DNA of 56,351 bases, from positions 1 to 56,351 of the forward strand of contig CATMOE010000018.1 of the NCBI GenBank assembly GCA_950072105.1, given 5' to 3'. The stretch's first letter is position 1, and each line of letters begins with the position of its first letter. Position numbers and translations under genes: made by a program. Of this stretch, positions 17,877 through 28,031 are shown one piece after another. The notes beneath the pieces are model-generated. The model saw only the letters and a program-made list of their open reading frames with translations. It was not told the origin of the DNA and did no database searches. The stretch is from an uncultured Dehalococcoidia bacterium (GTDB lineage Bacteria > Chloroflexota > Dehalococcoidia > Lucifugimonadales > UBA3495).

Positions 17877-19322
17877 ATGAAAAGACTGTGCCGCGGCCAA
17901 TCCGGAGGGGTGGCCATGTTGTTAGTCGTTGGGTTTATGTTGTTTGGGGTTGCCGTGGTCACCAGCAACCTTCGCCTATCCACCGTCCTGAGCACCGATT
18001 CCCAGGTCAAGAACGATATCCTAAACCGCCAATATTGCGCTCTGGGGGTAATAGAGTATGTTCGTTACCTTACCCTGGACGCCCAGCGCTGGGCCGATTG
18101 GTGGACCGCCCACCCAGACGGCACGGATACGACCTTCCCTTGCGGCGATGGCGCTCCGGGGGGAATCGACATCGTTTTGACCGGCGATCCAACCGCCTCG
18201 CCAGTCACCAGTGACGAAAGTCTTTTGGAAGGAGCGTCACTCTGGCCTCCGCCGGCCTACAGCAGCAGAAAGATCCAGCCGGTGAAAACGGTGAGCACCA
18301 CCAGCGAAGCCGTTTCAGCCGATAAAACACCCTTTACCTACACGATTACTCTGACCAACCGAGACGATAGTTCTATATCGCTGAACAAGATCCACGACAA
18401 CCTGCCACCCGGCCTAAAGTTCCTATGCGGCGGCACGTCCACCCTATTATTCCCCGACGGCGTGACCCAACAAACGGTGGCCCCCGATCCTGATGAAGGC
18501 CAAACTGTCTGCCCTCTGGACCGGCACATCGTATGGAACGTTACATTGCTGCCAACTCTCCAGCCCTACGAGTCGGTCGTGTTAACCTTTGACGCTGATC
18601 GGTCGGGCTCAATATTGAGCGACGGCAACTATTGCAATGAAGCCTGGGCTGAACCCGGGGACGATAACACCAAAACCGGTATGACCGCGCCGGTGAAGGT
18701 AGGCAGCGTTGCCGCAGACGATGATGTTTGCGAGGGGACTTCACCCGGCGCCAAGATCACCAAAGTAATAAGCCAGATCGTCGACGCCGTTCCCACCGGA
18801 TCTCCTCTTCCCTCGGACACCTACCAACTCACGGTTGAATATTCGATAGAGATCGAGAACGTTGGGCCGGTGTCTTTGAACCTCGGCCCCAGCGGCGCTA
18901 CCGGCTACGGCATCCGGGACCTGCTCCCACTTGGGTTCTGCTTCGTTGATGACTCCGCCACGTTTCAAAGCGCCAGCCTAGCGAACCCTTCTACCAACAT
19001 TCCTCAAGGCAGCAATCTTTGCCCTTCTTCAGACACTCGGCAGAGACTGGATTGGGATTTTTCTGAATCGATACCCAGCGGAGAGACAAGGACCCTGATT
19101 TACCGGACAGCCGCACTGGTTTCGGCCGGCAACTATTGGAGCGATCTTTTAGTCAACTTTACCGAATTCACCGACCCTTCGGTATACACCTGGCCGAGCG
19201 CGGTGGTCATGGTTAGAGATTCCTTCACGGCCGAGGCCAGCGTGGATGGCCGCGCCATAGTTTCCTTCAACGTGTCCATGGGCGGCAATTCCGGAAGCAT
19301 CGTCGATTTCGTGATCGAATGA
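17877..19322 (+). CDS. PilX/TadG-like pilus accessory protein with two DUF11-like Ig domains
   Basis: RGQSG|GVAMLLVVGFML N-terminus lacking E+5; two repeats of K(T/V)...(F/V)xYxIxIxN...IxDxLPxGxxF; several Cys pairs. Confidence 0.7.
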   Translation: MKRLCRGQSGGVAMLLVVGFMLFGVAVVTSNLRLSTVLSTDSQVKNDILNRQYCALGVIEYVRYLTLDAQRWADWWTAHPDGTDTTFPCGDGAPGGIDIVLTGDPTASPVTSDESLLEGASLWPPPAYSSRKIQPVKTVSTTSEAVSADKTPFTYTITLTNRDDSSISLNKIHDNLPPGLKFLCGGTSTLLFPDGVTQQTVAPDPDEGQTVCPLDRHIVWNVTLLPTLQPYESVVLTFDADRSGSILSDGNYCNEAWAEPGDDNTKTGMTAPVKVGSVAADDDVCEGTSPGAKITKVISQIVDAVPTGSPLPSDTYQLTVEYSIEIENVGPVSLNLGPSGATGYGIRDLLPLGFCFVDDSATFQSASLANPSTNIPQGSNLCPSSDTRQRLDWDFSESIPSGETRTLIYRTAALVSAGNYWSDLLVNFTEFTDPSVYTWPSAVVMVRDSFTAEASVDGRAIVSFNVSMGGNSGSIVDFVIE

Positions 19323-19378
19323 ACCGCCATTCCTGCAACCTACCGCCCCTTAGCCTAGCCAGCAAAATGGATGCTTTG

Positions 19379-19413
19379 GAGGCCGCCTGAAGTAGGCGGC
19401 CTCATTTATTTTT
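19379..19413 (+). terminator. Intrinsic terminator after the pilin cluster
   Basis: GAGGCCGCCT-GAAGT-AGGCGGCCTC followed by ATTTATTTTT. Confidence 0.8.
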
Positions 19414-19713
19414 ATATGTTCATGCGGACACGAACCTATTCCGCGGAAACCAGCCATAGTTAGCCAACGTAATCAACGCACATTGTGTGAGAAGGAATAA
19501 GATTCTTCAATCTGGCTCGTGAATCAAGGAATACGGGTCACCGTCGTGATTGCCACAAACCACACATCCTCCATTGGAACTTCCTTACCGCCCCAGGAAG
19601 CCCACCTCCCCTTATGGCCATCTATACCCACGAACAATGCCCTAAGGCGCAAACCCGGTTATACTGCTGCCACCCCTCGATCCCGGCGAACCGAACAAGA
19701 TATCAGGAGTAAA

Positions 19714-20901
19714 ATGATGACCCCTAGTTCTCCTACCAAAGTGCTGGAAGGCGTTCGAATCTTGGAACTTGCCCGGTGGCAAGCCGCACCCAGGGGATCA
19801 CTGATACTGCGGGACATGGGCGCGGAGGTGATCAAGATCGAATGGCGGAAAGGGGCGGACCTCCGGAATTCGGGCCCATTCGTTGGCGACATGAGCGTTC
19901 AGTTCGCCGCCTATAACCGGGGCAAGAAGAGCATCACCCTCAACACCCGCCATCCCGAAGGGAAAAGGCTGTTCTTAGACCTGGTCGGTGTTTCCGACGT
20001 GGTGCTGGAAAACTTCCGGCCGGGCACGATGAACGATATGGAGTTTGGCTACGATGCCATGTGCCAAGTCAATCCCGGCATCATTCTGGCGTCGGTATCG
20101 GGATTCGGACAGTACGGCCCTTACCGGGACCGTCAATGCTTCGACCCCATCATCCAAGCCATGAGCGGCCTCGGAGACCAGACGGGCAGAGGCTTTGGGC
20201 AGCCCATCATGGCCGAGGGGCCGATCATGGACCGCACCGCCGCCCTGCACGCCGCGGTGGGTATCCTGGGGGCGTTAAGACACCGGGACCGGACCGGAGA
20301 AGGCCAATGGCTGGAAGTAGCCATGCTTGACGGCGGTATATCTCTGGAAGAAGTCGCCCTGGCGATGTGCTACGAAACCGGCACTAACGACTTCAAACGA
20401 AGCGGTACTTTTCTCCAATGCAAGGATGGCTGGGTAACAACAGGAGCGGCCCGGGCCGGTATGTGGGAGCGGATGCTCAAAGTCATGGGGTATAGCGACC
20501 TGGCAGAAGACCCAGAGTACGCGGCGCCCATGTTCGCCACCGACAAGGCGGAGATCCGCATGGAATTGCTCCACCTTTGGTGTGAAGAAAGACCGGTGAA
20601 GGACGTGGAGGATGCCCTGGTCGGCGCAGATATTCCCGTGGGGCGGGCCATGACCATACCCGACGTGTTGGAAGACCGCCACATCTGGGAGCGGGAAGTG
20701 ATGATGGAAACCGAACTGGAAGGTCAACCCGGCAAGAAGATGCTTGTCCCCGGACCCACTTTCATCAAATTCTCCAAGACCCCAACGACGGCGGGACCGA
20801 TCCCCAAGTATGGGGAACATAACCAGGAGATCTACGGCAGCCTCTTGGGCCTGGACGAAAACCGGCTGGCAGCGATGGTAGATGAGGGTGTCATCACCTA
20901 A
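19714..20901 (+). CDS. Family III CoA-transferase (CaiB/BaiF)
   Basis: LEGVRILEL, MGAEVIKIE, NRGKKSITLN, ENFRPG, SGFGQYGPY; AGGAG RBS before ATG 19714. Confidence 0.92.
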   Translation: MMTPSSPTKVLEGVRILELARWQAAPRGSLILRDMGAEVIKIEWRKGADLRNSGPFVGDMSVQFAAYNRGKKSITLNTRHPEGKRLFLDLVGVSDVVLENFRPGTMNDMEFGYDAMCQVNPGIILASVSGFGQYGPYRDRQCFDPIIQAMSGLGDQTGRGFGQPIMAEGPIMDRTAALHAAVGILGALRHRDRTGEGQWLEVAMLDGGISLEEVALAMCYETGTNDFKRSGTFLQCKDGWVTTGAARAGMWERMLKVMGYSDLAEDPEYAAPMFATDKAEIRMELLHLWCEERPVKDVEDALVGADIPVGRAMTIPDVLEDRHIWEREVMMETELEGQPGKKMLVPGPTFIKFSKTPTTAGPIPKYGEHNQEIYGSLLGLDENRLAAMVDEGVIT

Positions 20902-20915
20902 CCGGCTCCCACGTC

Positions 20916-22091
20916 CTAGATCCGTACTTGGAACATGGGGACTACTTTAGCGCCCTCGCCCGGCTCAATCCGGAAGCTGAAGCCATTATCCTTACGCTGT
21001 TCCAGGTTGTTTACCTTGCCCGCGTTGAGCACCTTCACCTGTTTGTCCCTTACCGCCATGGTGATGTGGGTATCGCACAATTGATGTAACCGGCCTAATA
21101 AGTCAGGCGCGAATGCGCCTGCTTGGGCCACGACAACGATGGCCCTTCCCCCGGTGCACAGCTCTTTGAAAATGGAAAAGAATCCCATGATCGTCCGGTC
21201 TTGGCAGATCATCGCCAGGTCGGTGATCTCGTCGATAACAACCAACGCGCAAGACTTCGGAAGGCAGTGGATCTTGGATGCCAGCGCGCCGAAATAGGAT
21301 TCGGGAGTTACCTCAGGAGAGGGTCTGGAGATTGATTGGACCAACAGTTTGTTATCTTGAAGCGCCTCCGACACGTCCCTACCCATGGAGCCCATCTCTT
21401 GGCTAAGGTCTTCGACGGTTTGACTTGAGCTGAAGAGGGCTACTTTGTTGCCCTCCATGATTGCTCCGTACATCAGGTATTGGCAGATCAAGCCTTTACC
21501 GGAGTCCAAAGGACCTTCGATCAACGTTAGACTTTCACTGGCAAGCCCTCCACCCAGAACCAACCGCAAAGGAGCCAAGCCGCCCCCGGCGCTAACGAAC
21601 TTGCTGGATTGGCCGGGAGATTTTAGGGCCGGCTGAGCGTCCGGCAGGACTTCTTCCGTTGGCAGTTCCCACTCGGCCTCATCCTGCAGCGCCTCACCGC
21701 TTGGTTCTTCCTCCACTGGATCCTGTCCTTCCCGCAGCGCCACTCTGATGTGGGTCGCCAGAACCTCAAAATTGCACGGCTTGGTCAGAACATTAGAGGC
21801 CCCCAACCGCAGGCACTCCGCCTCCGTCTCGTAAGACGGAATGGAAGTCAGCATGATCACGGGTATCGCTCTGGTTCTCGGGTTTCCCTTTAAGTTAGAC
21901 AGCACTTGACTCCCGCCCATACCCGGCAAGTCAAAGTCTAATAGCATCAGATCGATGGGCTCGCGAGCAGCAGTCTCAAGGGCGGTCTTTCCATCGGTGG
22001 CTTGATCAACTTGGTGTCCAATATCGCCGAGGCTGGCGTTCAACCATTTTCTGATCGCCGAATGACTATCAACTATGAGGACTCTGGCCAT
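20916..22091 (-). CDS. Receiver domain fused to an ArlH/FlaH (KaiC/RecA-like) ATPase domain
   Basis: N-terminal REC (LIVDS, LLDFDLPG, MLTS, TKP), acidic linker, then SLTLIEGPLDSGKGLICQYLMYGA...LVVIDEIT...FSFRIEPGEGAKVVP resembling archaellum FlaH. Confidence 0.8.
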   Translation of the reverse strand: MARVLIVDSHSAIRKWLNASLGDIGHQVDQATDGKTALETAAREPIDLMLLDFDLPGMGGSQVLSNLKGNPRTRAIPVIMLTSIPSYETEAECLRLGASNVLTKPCNFEVLATHIRVALREGQDPVEEEPSGEALQDEAEWELPTEEVLPDAQPALKSPGQSSKFVSAGGGLAPLRLVLGGGLASESLTLIEGPLDSGKGLICQYLMYGAIMEGNKVALFSSSQTVEDLSQEMGSMGRDVSEALQDNKLLVQSISRPSPEVTPESYFGALASKIHCLPKSCALVVIDEITDLAMICQDRTIMGFFSIFKELCTGGRAIVVVAQAGAFAPDLLGRLHQLCDTHITMAVRDKQVKVLNAGKVNNLEQRKDNGFSFRIEPGEGAKVVPMFQVRI

Positions 22092-22487
22092 TTCCACCTT
22101 CCTTCTTCCTTCCGCTAACGGCAGCGTTATCGAACACGTTACCAACGTCCCTCGATCAGGGCTAGGGTATTACCACCAAGGGAACTGCGGGGATGACACC
22201 CCAAGGCGCCGAAAATATCGGATTGGCGGCCTGCACCAGAGTTGTTATTGGGGCCTGGCTTTCCACTATCCTCACGATGGATCCGCTCGCCTACCTGGTT
22301 CGCTTGAAGGTAACGCCGGGCGCTGTTACACTACCGGGACGCCGCCGGGCCGGGCTTTTATAGCTACAGAGAGAGGGTCATCGAACCTGAATCTGAACCG
22401 TAGCGAGGTAGGATTAACCGCATCCAACGGACCGTGATCTAGATTCGGGCATCCGTCCCGGCGTACCCATTACAAAAGTCGAGGTTA

Positions 22488-23048
22488 ATGATGGCAAGAA
22501 TACCTGTAATCTCCAAAGATATGGTCCCAGAGGAATTTCGGGGCGCGTTCGACGAATTGACCAAGGACACCGGAGGCACGATCACCGGCGGCCCCGGCTC
22601 CATCACCGTCGCCAGCCCCGAGATGTCCCGCCGCCGCAGCCACCTGACCAGCTACCTGCGATATGAGACCACCTTTCCCAAGCGGATACAGGAGTTGGCC
22701 ATCATAACTTCGGCGCGGGCCAACGATTGCCCTTACGTCTGGAACGCCCACGCCCCAGCGGCCCGGCGTGAGGGGGTCAGCGACGCTCTGGTCGACGCCA
22801 TACGGGATAAAAAACCATTACCCGAGATGGCAGCCGATGAAGCCGCCGTAGTCGCATTTGGCCAGGAATACTTCAAGGATCACAAAGTCAGCCAGGCAAC
22901 CTTCCAGACGGCCCTGGACCAATTCGGCATTCAACATCTGGTGGAGCTATCGGCATTGATGAGCAATTACGCCCAGACGGCATTTTTCCTCAACGCCTTC
23001 GAGGTTACCCTGCCAGAGGATCGGACAGAGCCGGTCTTGCCCATCTAA
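22488..23048 (+). CDS. Carboxymuconolactone decarboxylase/AhpD-like protein
   Basis: RIQELAIITSARANDCPYVWNAH...ARREGV. Confidence 0.8.
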   Translation: MMARIPVISKDMVPEEFRGAFDELTKDTGGTITGGPGSITVASPEMSRRRSHLTSYLRYETTFPKRIQELAIITSARANDCPYVWNAHAPAARREGVSDALVDAIRDKKPLPEMAADEAAVVAFGQEYFKDHKVSQATFQTALDQFGIQHLVELSALMSNYAQTAFFLNAFEVTLPEDRTEPVLPI

Positions 23049-23108
23049 GGGCACAATCCCCAATACACTAGTTCTATCTCAGCGTGCCCACATGGGAGGA
23101 GCAGGAAG

Positions 23109-24161
23109 ATGCGGTTCGGCCTTTTCCAATCGGTGCAGTTGCCCGACCCCAAGTCTGAAGCCAGGTATTACAAGGAGGCCTTGGAACAGGTCGTTTGGGC
23201 TGAAAAACTGGGCTTCGACTCTGCCTGGCTGACCGAACACCACTTCTCCCGCCATGGCATCGTGTCCTCCACCTTCACCGTGCTGGCCTATCTGGCAGGG
23301 GTTACCAACACCATCCGCTTGGGCAGCGCGGTCACCGTCCTGCCATTCCACAACCCCATCCAAGTCGCGGAGCAAGCCGCAACGGTCGATCTGTTGAGCA
23401 ACGGCCGGCTGGACTTCGGCGTGGGGCGGGGCTTCCAGTGGGGCGAATACCATAAACTAAATATCGCCATGGACGAAGCAAGCCGGCGATTCGAAGAGTC
23501 CATGGAGGTCATCACCAAAGCCTGGTCCCAGGAAGAGCCGTTCGACCACCAAGGAGAGTTCTGGCGGTTCAACGACATGACCATCCATCCTAGGCCGGTC
23601 CAGACTCCCTATCCGCCGGTGTGGGTTGCCGCCTCCAGCCCGGCCAGCTTGGCGCGGGTAGCCCGAAACGATTGGAACCTGATGATTGGCCAGGGAGAGC
23701 CCTACGACCAAGTCGCCCAGCAGGTCGAGACGTACCGCACCGCAGTCGGTGAAGCCGGGTACGACTACCGGCCCGAACGCGTGGTGGTGGCCCGGCCCAT
23801 GTACACCACCACCAGCGAAGACAAAGCCCGAAGAGACACCGAAGCCCCTTTCATGTGGTTCAAACGGACCGGGCAAGAAGTCGGCGCGCCTCCGGAGAAC
23901 CGGACCGAGTTACTTCCAGATGAATTCAGTTCCTACCGGCGACGATTCTCCAGGGACACCGAGTTCGACTACGACGCCATGTTCGAAAACGTCGCCCTAT
24001 TCGGCACTCCCGGCCAAGTGGCCGAACGGGTGGAAACCTTGAGGCGATCAGGCGTGGAAAACCTGATTTTCTTCATAAACTACGGCGGCATCGAGCACCA
24101 CAAGGTGATGGATTCGTTGGAGTTGTTCGCCGCCCAAGTTATGCCCCAATTCGCGGATTAG
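23109..24161 (+). CDS. LLM-class flavin-dependent oxidoreductase
   Basis: GFDSAWLTEHHF, NPIQVAEQAATVDLLSNGRLDFGVGRG. Confidence 0.92.
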   Translation: MRFGLFQSVQLPDPKSEARYYKEALEQVVWAEKLGFDSAWLTEHHFSRHGIVSSTFTVLAYLAGVTNTIRLGSAVTVLPFHNPIQVAEQAATVDLLSNGRLDFGVGRGFQWGEYHKLNIAMDEASRRFEESMEVITKAWSQEEPFDHQGEFWRFNDMTIHPRPVQTPYPPVWVAASSPASLARVARNDWNLMIGQGEPYDQVAQQVETYRTAVGEAGYDYRPERVVVARPMYTTTSEDKARRDTEAPFMWFKRTGQEVGAPPENRTELLPDEFSSYRRRFSRDTEFDYDAMFENVALFGTPGQVAERVETLRRSGVENLIFFINYGGIEHHKVMDSLELFAAQVMPQFAD

Positions 24162-24351
24162 CATCCCATCTCCAATTCGCGTCTGAATCATCTCCGCCCT
24201 TTCAAACCCCCTACCCCTTCGTGTTTACGAACCCTAGAGCCATCGCCGTCAAAGGCGGAGCAATAGGCCCCCATTTGACGAACCAAGGCCCCGCTGTCAT
24301 CTTGTTTAATGCAACCACATAGACCGGACACGAGCGGGCAAATCCCATTTA

Positions 24352-25047
24352 TTGGACATTTTGAGTTTGACCACGTCGCGCCGAAAACGCCCCGAGCCAC
24401 AGGACAGGAGCCCTTATCCTGAGAACCTAAGGGCCATAATCTACAGGTATGGGCTCCAAGGCGAATCCGCCCACTGGGTAAACGAACATTGGGACGACGG
24501 GATATACTTCCCTGCCATCCAAAGACAGCGACCAGATAACTTTGACCGGACGCTGCGACGGTGGCTAAGAGGGGAAGGAATCGCCCAGACTGAGATAGAC
24601 GAAATCTTGTATGCCGGTCTATCTGAGCGTCATGGGGTGCCCCAAGAGGTCATCCAACAGATGGTGGAAGCCACCGGCGAAATGCCCAGGTTTGACCCCA
24701 TTATTCCCTTTGAGGAACGAGTGGACCTGTGGCAAGCAAACCGGGCACGACTTGAGGCTGAATTCCAGAAGTTCGGCGAGGCTCGTGTCCGCTACAGCTT
24801 ATTCGTTTTCGGGGCACATACCATCGAAGACTTCTCCAGCAAGATCTACTCCCTCGTTGAGCGCCCCTTCTCCGAAGACGGCGGCGGCTGGGTAATGTTC
24901 GACGATGAACTTCGAAAGATCGTCGGACTGACTCTTCCCGAGGCAAAGCAGCCGGACAGACTCCCGATCGGCTGCTCATACTTTGGTCTAAACTATTCCG
25001 GTGGGATTAAGCCCACCGGAATCTTATCCGCAGGGGGACTACCATGA
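24352..25047 (+). CDS. Hypothetical protein
   Basis: 231-aa ORF whose stop overlaps the SDR start (ATGA); no family recognised, start uncertain. Confidence 0.5.
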   Translation: MDILSLTTSRRKRPEPQDRSPYPENLRAIIYRYGLQGESAHWVNEHWDDGIYFPAIQRQRPDNFDRTLRRWLRGEGIAQTEIDEILYAGLSERHGVPQEVIQQMVEATGEMPRFDPIIPFEERVDLWQANRARLEAEFQKFGEARVRYSLFVFGAHTIEDFSSKIYSLVERPFSEDGGGWVMFDDELRKIVGLTLPEAKQPDRLPIGCSYFGLNYSGGIKPTGILSAGGLP

Positions 25048-25823
25048 ATCTTGAAGACGCGGTAGTCATCGTCACCGGGTCGGCCACCGGATTGGGAGCG
25101 GCCGTGGCGCAACGGTTGGCCGGCAAGGGCTCCAACGTGGTGATCAACTACACCAAGAGCGAAACGGAAGCTAAGGCAACCGCGGCCGCATGCGAAGAGC
25201 TTGGCGCGGGCGTGTTGATCTGCCGGGCCGATGTGTCTGACGACGCCGATTGCCGCCGAATGGCCGCCGCCGCCATCGAGAGATTCGGCAGAATAGATGG
25301 GTTGGTGAACAACGCCGCCCAGTCTAAAATAGCTCCCCACGCCGACCTGGAAGCCCTCACCGCCGACGACTTCATCAATATTTTCTCGGTGAATGTGATC
25401 GGCGCATACCAAATGGTCCGGGCGGTAACCCCTCAGATGAAGCAACAGGGAAAGGGCGCGATCGTCAACATCTCCTCTTTGTCGGGAATGACCGGTTCGG
25501 GCAGCTCCATCGCCTACGCCGTGTCTAAGGGCGCTCTGAACACGATGACCATGTCTTTGGCACGGGCACTGGCGCCGGAGATTCGAGTCAACGCCGTATG
25601 CCCCGGGGTGATGCAGACTCGCTGGTGGCGGGAAGGTCTGGGCGAAGAGAGGTACCACACCATGATAGACCGATATGCCGACTTGGCGCCCTTAAAAACC
25701 GCCGGAACTCCGGAAGGAGCCGCCGACCCGGTGGTATGGCTTCTTGAAGGAGCGGACTACGTCACCGGCGAAACCATCTTGGTGGACTCCGGCACCCACC
25801 TGGGGCCGAGCCCGTCCCGGTAG
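25044..25823 (+). CDS. Short-chain dehydrogenase/reductase
   Basis: TGSATGLG, LVNNA, YAVSK, VNAVCPG. Confidence 0.92.
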   Translation: MNLEDAVVIVTGSATGLGAAVAQRLAGKGSNVVINYTKSETEAKATAAACEELGAGVLICRADVSDDADCRRMAAAAIERFGRIDGLVNNAAQSKIAPHADLEALTADDFINIFSVNVIGAYQMVRAVTPQMKQQGKGAIVNISSLSGMTGSGSSIAYAVSKGALNTMTMSLARALAPEIRVNAVCPGVMQTRWWREGLGEERYHTMIDRYADLAPLKTAGTPEGAADPVVWLLEGADYVTGETILVDSGTHLGPSPSR

Positions 25824-25828
25824 TTGGA

Positions 25829-26044
25829 TCATTCGGATCCGTCGCCGGCTTTCTTAACCTGGTCCCAACGAACCGTGACGACTGCATCGTCGGGTAATAC
25901 TACGTGATAACCGGGAGAGACATCTTCGGGATAGTCGATGGACCGCTGGAATACGGCGCTATCGACAACGCCCAACACTCCAGACCGTTGTCCGGATACG
26001 ATAAATACGCGGTCACCGCGCTTGAAGCGATAGTAGTGCCCCAT
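25829..26044 (-). CDS. Small KOW/SH3-like hypothetical protein
   Basis: FKRGDRVFIVSGQRSGVLGVV KOW-like pattern; a paralogous remnant at 6531-6646 supports coding status. Confidence 0.6.
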   Translation of the reverse strand: MGHYYRFKRGDRVFIVSGQRSGVLGVVDSAVFQRSIDYPEDVSPGYHVVLPDDAVVTVRWDQVKKAGDGSE

Positions 26045-26201
26045 GGATTGACCCTATCCGCCGGTCATCCGGACCGGCAACTAACAAGTGTCAGGACGGC
26101 GCCGATATTGGATCGGCGATTGGAGATGGCGTCCCGGCCTTGTGGTAGGATTCTTCGCGGATGGTCTGTTAATCGATTAGGCTGGAACGCGATCAAGAAC
26201 C

Positions 26202-26893
26202 ATGGACGAAGAGACGATCCAAGTAAGTGTCCGCCCTGAAACCTCAGTCACGGCGGTCAGGACCATGCCGGACACCGAACCAGCCAATGGCCTGTTCATC
26301 TACGCTCCGGGAGCGGGTTCCGACATCAACGACCCCTTCGGGAGCTATTTAAGCCAGCAGCTGGTTCTGGCAGGATTCGCCTTCGTCCGATTTCAATTTC
26401 CCTACATGGAGGCCGGGAAACGCCGGCCCGACCAGGTCTCGCTACTGGAAGAGACATGAAAGCAGGTCATTGAGACGGTGAAGATCGCTGACATTAAGTT
26501 GATCATCGGTGGACGGTCGATGGGCGGGCGTATCGCATCTCATGTCGCCGCCCAGGGTGCCGCTGTCGACGCAGTGGCCTTGTTTGCTTACCCTCTCCAC
26601 CCACCGGGGAACCCAACTAAGCGCGGGACAGTCACCTGCCGCAAATCGCGTCTCCGGCGCTTTTCTGCTCCGGCACCAGAGACACCTTCGCCACGCCCGA
26701 AGAGTTGGCGGCGGCCGCTGCCACGGTTCCCAGGGCAACGGTCCACCCGCTGGAAGGCGCGGATCACGGATTTGCCGTGCTCAAGTCCAGCGGACGAACC
26801 AAGGAAGACGTCTGGAGCGAGGCCACTGCATTCTTGCTTTCGTGGCTCGAAACCGAAGTTCTTGACAGCGGCGGCGCCGCCCATCTACGCTAA
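26202..26893 (+). pseudogene. Alpha/beta hydrolase (KANL3/Tex30-like), with an in-frame TGA (26457-26459) and a frameshift (~26622)
   Basis: APGAG..RFQFPYM, GGRSMGGR nucleophile elbow, YPLHPPG, then in another frame SGTRDTFA and EGADHGF. Confidence 0.8.
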
Positions 26894-26977
26894 CCCCCAG
26901 CGGCGGACCCTGCCCAAGTTCGCCGCATCCGCATCAGGCAGAGCCATCCCTCCAGACCAACTCTGAGAGGCAGCGCT

Positions 26978-27967
26978 ATGAAGTTTGGAATTCAGATCAA
27001 CGGCCACTTTTCCACCGAACTCAAACCCGCCGATGCATTCGACTACGCGGTAAAGCAGGTACGCGCCGCCAGAGATGGCGGTTTCGACGGCATCTTCGCC
27101 GCCCACCACTACGCTCTGGGCACCGGCGAGAACATGTTCCAGCCCATTCCGTTGCTGGCACGGCTGGCGGCTGAGGCCCCGGACATGACCATGGGCACGG
27201 CCATCTATCTGCTAAGCCTGCACAACCCGGTGGAAGCGGCCGAGCTTTCGGCGACCCTGGACGTCATGACCGGGGGGAAGTTCGTTTTCGGCGTGGGACA
27301 GGGATACCGGGACGTGGAGTTTACTTCCTTTGGGATCCCCAGAGGAAACCGCGGCGGCCGATTGGATGAAGCCGTAGCCATGATCCGCAAGCTGTGGGTA
27401 GAAGACGATATCGATTGGAAGGGGGACCATTTCACGTTGGATGGGGTGTCCATCAATCCCAAGCCCATCCAAAAGCCGGGGCCGCCCATATGGGTGGGAG
27501 GCGACACCCTGCGCAGCGTCCGGAGAGCGGCCCGCATCGGCGACGCTTGGATGACCAGCCCCCGTCACTCCAAGGGCTTCATCCGCGAGGCGATACAAGT
27601 GTTTAACCAGAGCCGCGAAGCCCTAGAACTACCCGCAGCCCCTCCCGTCTTCTTCAGGGAATTATTCGTCGCGGACAGCCGGGAAGAGGCGGAAACGGAG
27701 TTGGTCGAGTGCTTCGAGAGGCTCTACCATATGTATCACCGGGAAGGCCAACCCGGAGAGCGATACGACCGGACCTTCGAGGAACTCAAGGAAGACCGAA
27801 TCATCATTGGCAGCCCCCAAGAAGTCACCGAAGAGATTCAGAGCTACCAAGACGACTTCGGCGCCGAATACATGTTCTTCCGAGTGTACTACCTGGGTAT
27901 GGACCCGGAGAAGAGCTTGCAGTGCATCAATCTCTTCGGTGAACAGGTGGTGCCTCATTTTTCTTAG
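26978..27967 (+). CDS. LLM-class flavin-dependent oxidoreductase
   Basis: GFDGIFAAHH, HNPVEAAELSATLDVMTGGKFVFGVGQGY, PKPIQKPGPPIWVGG. Confidence 0.92.
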   Translation: MKFGIQINGHFSTELKPADAFDYAVKQVRAARDGGFDGIFAAHHYALGTGENMFQPIPLLARLAAEAPDMTMGTAIYLLSLHNPVEAAELSATLDVMTGGKFVFGVGQGYRDVEFTSFGIPRGNRGGRLDEAVAMIRKLWVEDDIDWKGDHFTLDGVSINPKPIQKPGPPIWVGGDTLRSVRRAARIGDAWMTSPRHSKGFIREAIQVFNQSREALELPAAPPVFFRELFVADSREEAETELVECFERLYHMYHREGQPGERYDRTFEELKEDRIIIGSPQEVTEEIQSYQDDFGAEYMFFRVYYLGMDPEKSLQCINLFGEQVVPHFS

Positions 27968-27978
27968 CGATTGAGGGC

Positions 27979-28013
27979 CGAAATCCCCCAACCCCCCTTA
28001 AACAAAGAGGGCT
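27979..28013. repeat. REP-like C/G-run element, copy A (partial)
   Basis: CGAAATCCCCCAACCCCCCTTAAACAAAGAGGG, similar to 39684-39729. Confidence 0.55.
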
Positions 28014-28031
28014 TTTCTATGACTGGGGTCA

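Noticed and set aside
26457..26459. In-frame TGA in the alpha/beta hydrolase as Sec or as code-4 Trp
   Set aside because: The context suggests TGG>TGA rather than a Cys site, the gene has a second lesion, TGG is used throughout and TGA ends complete genes.
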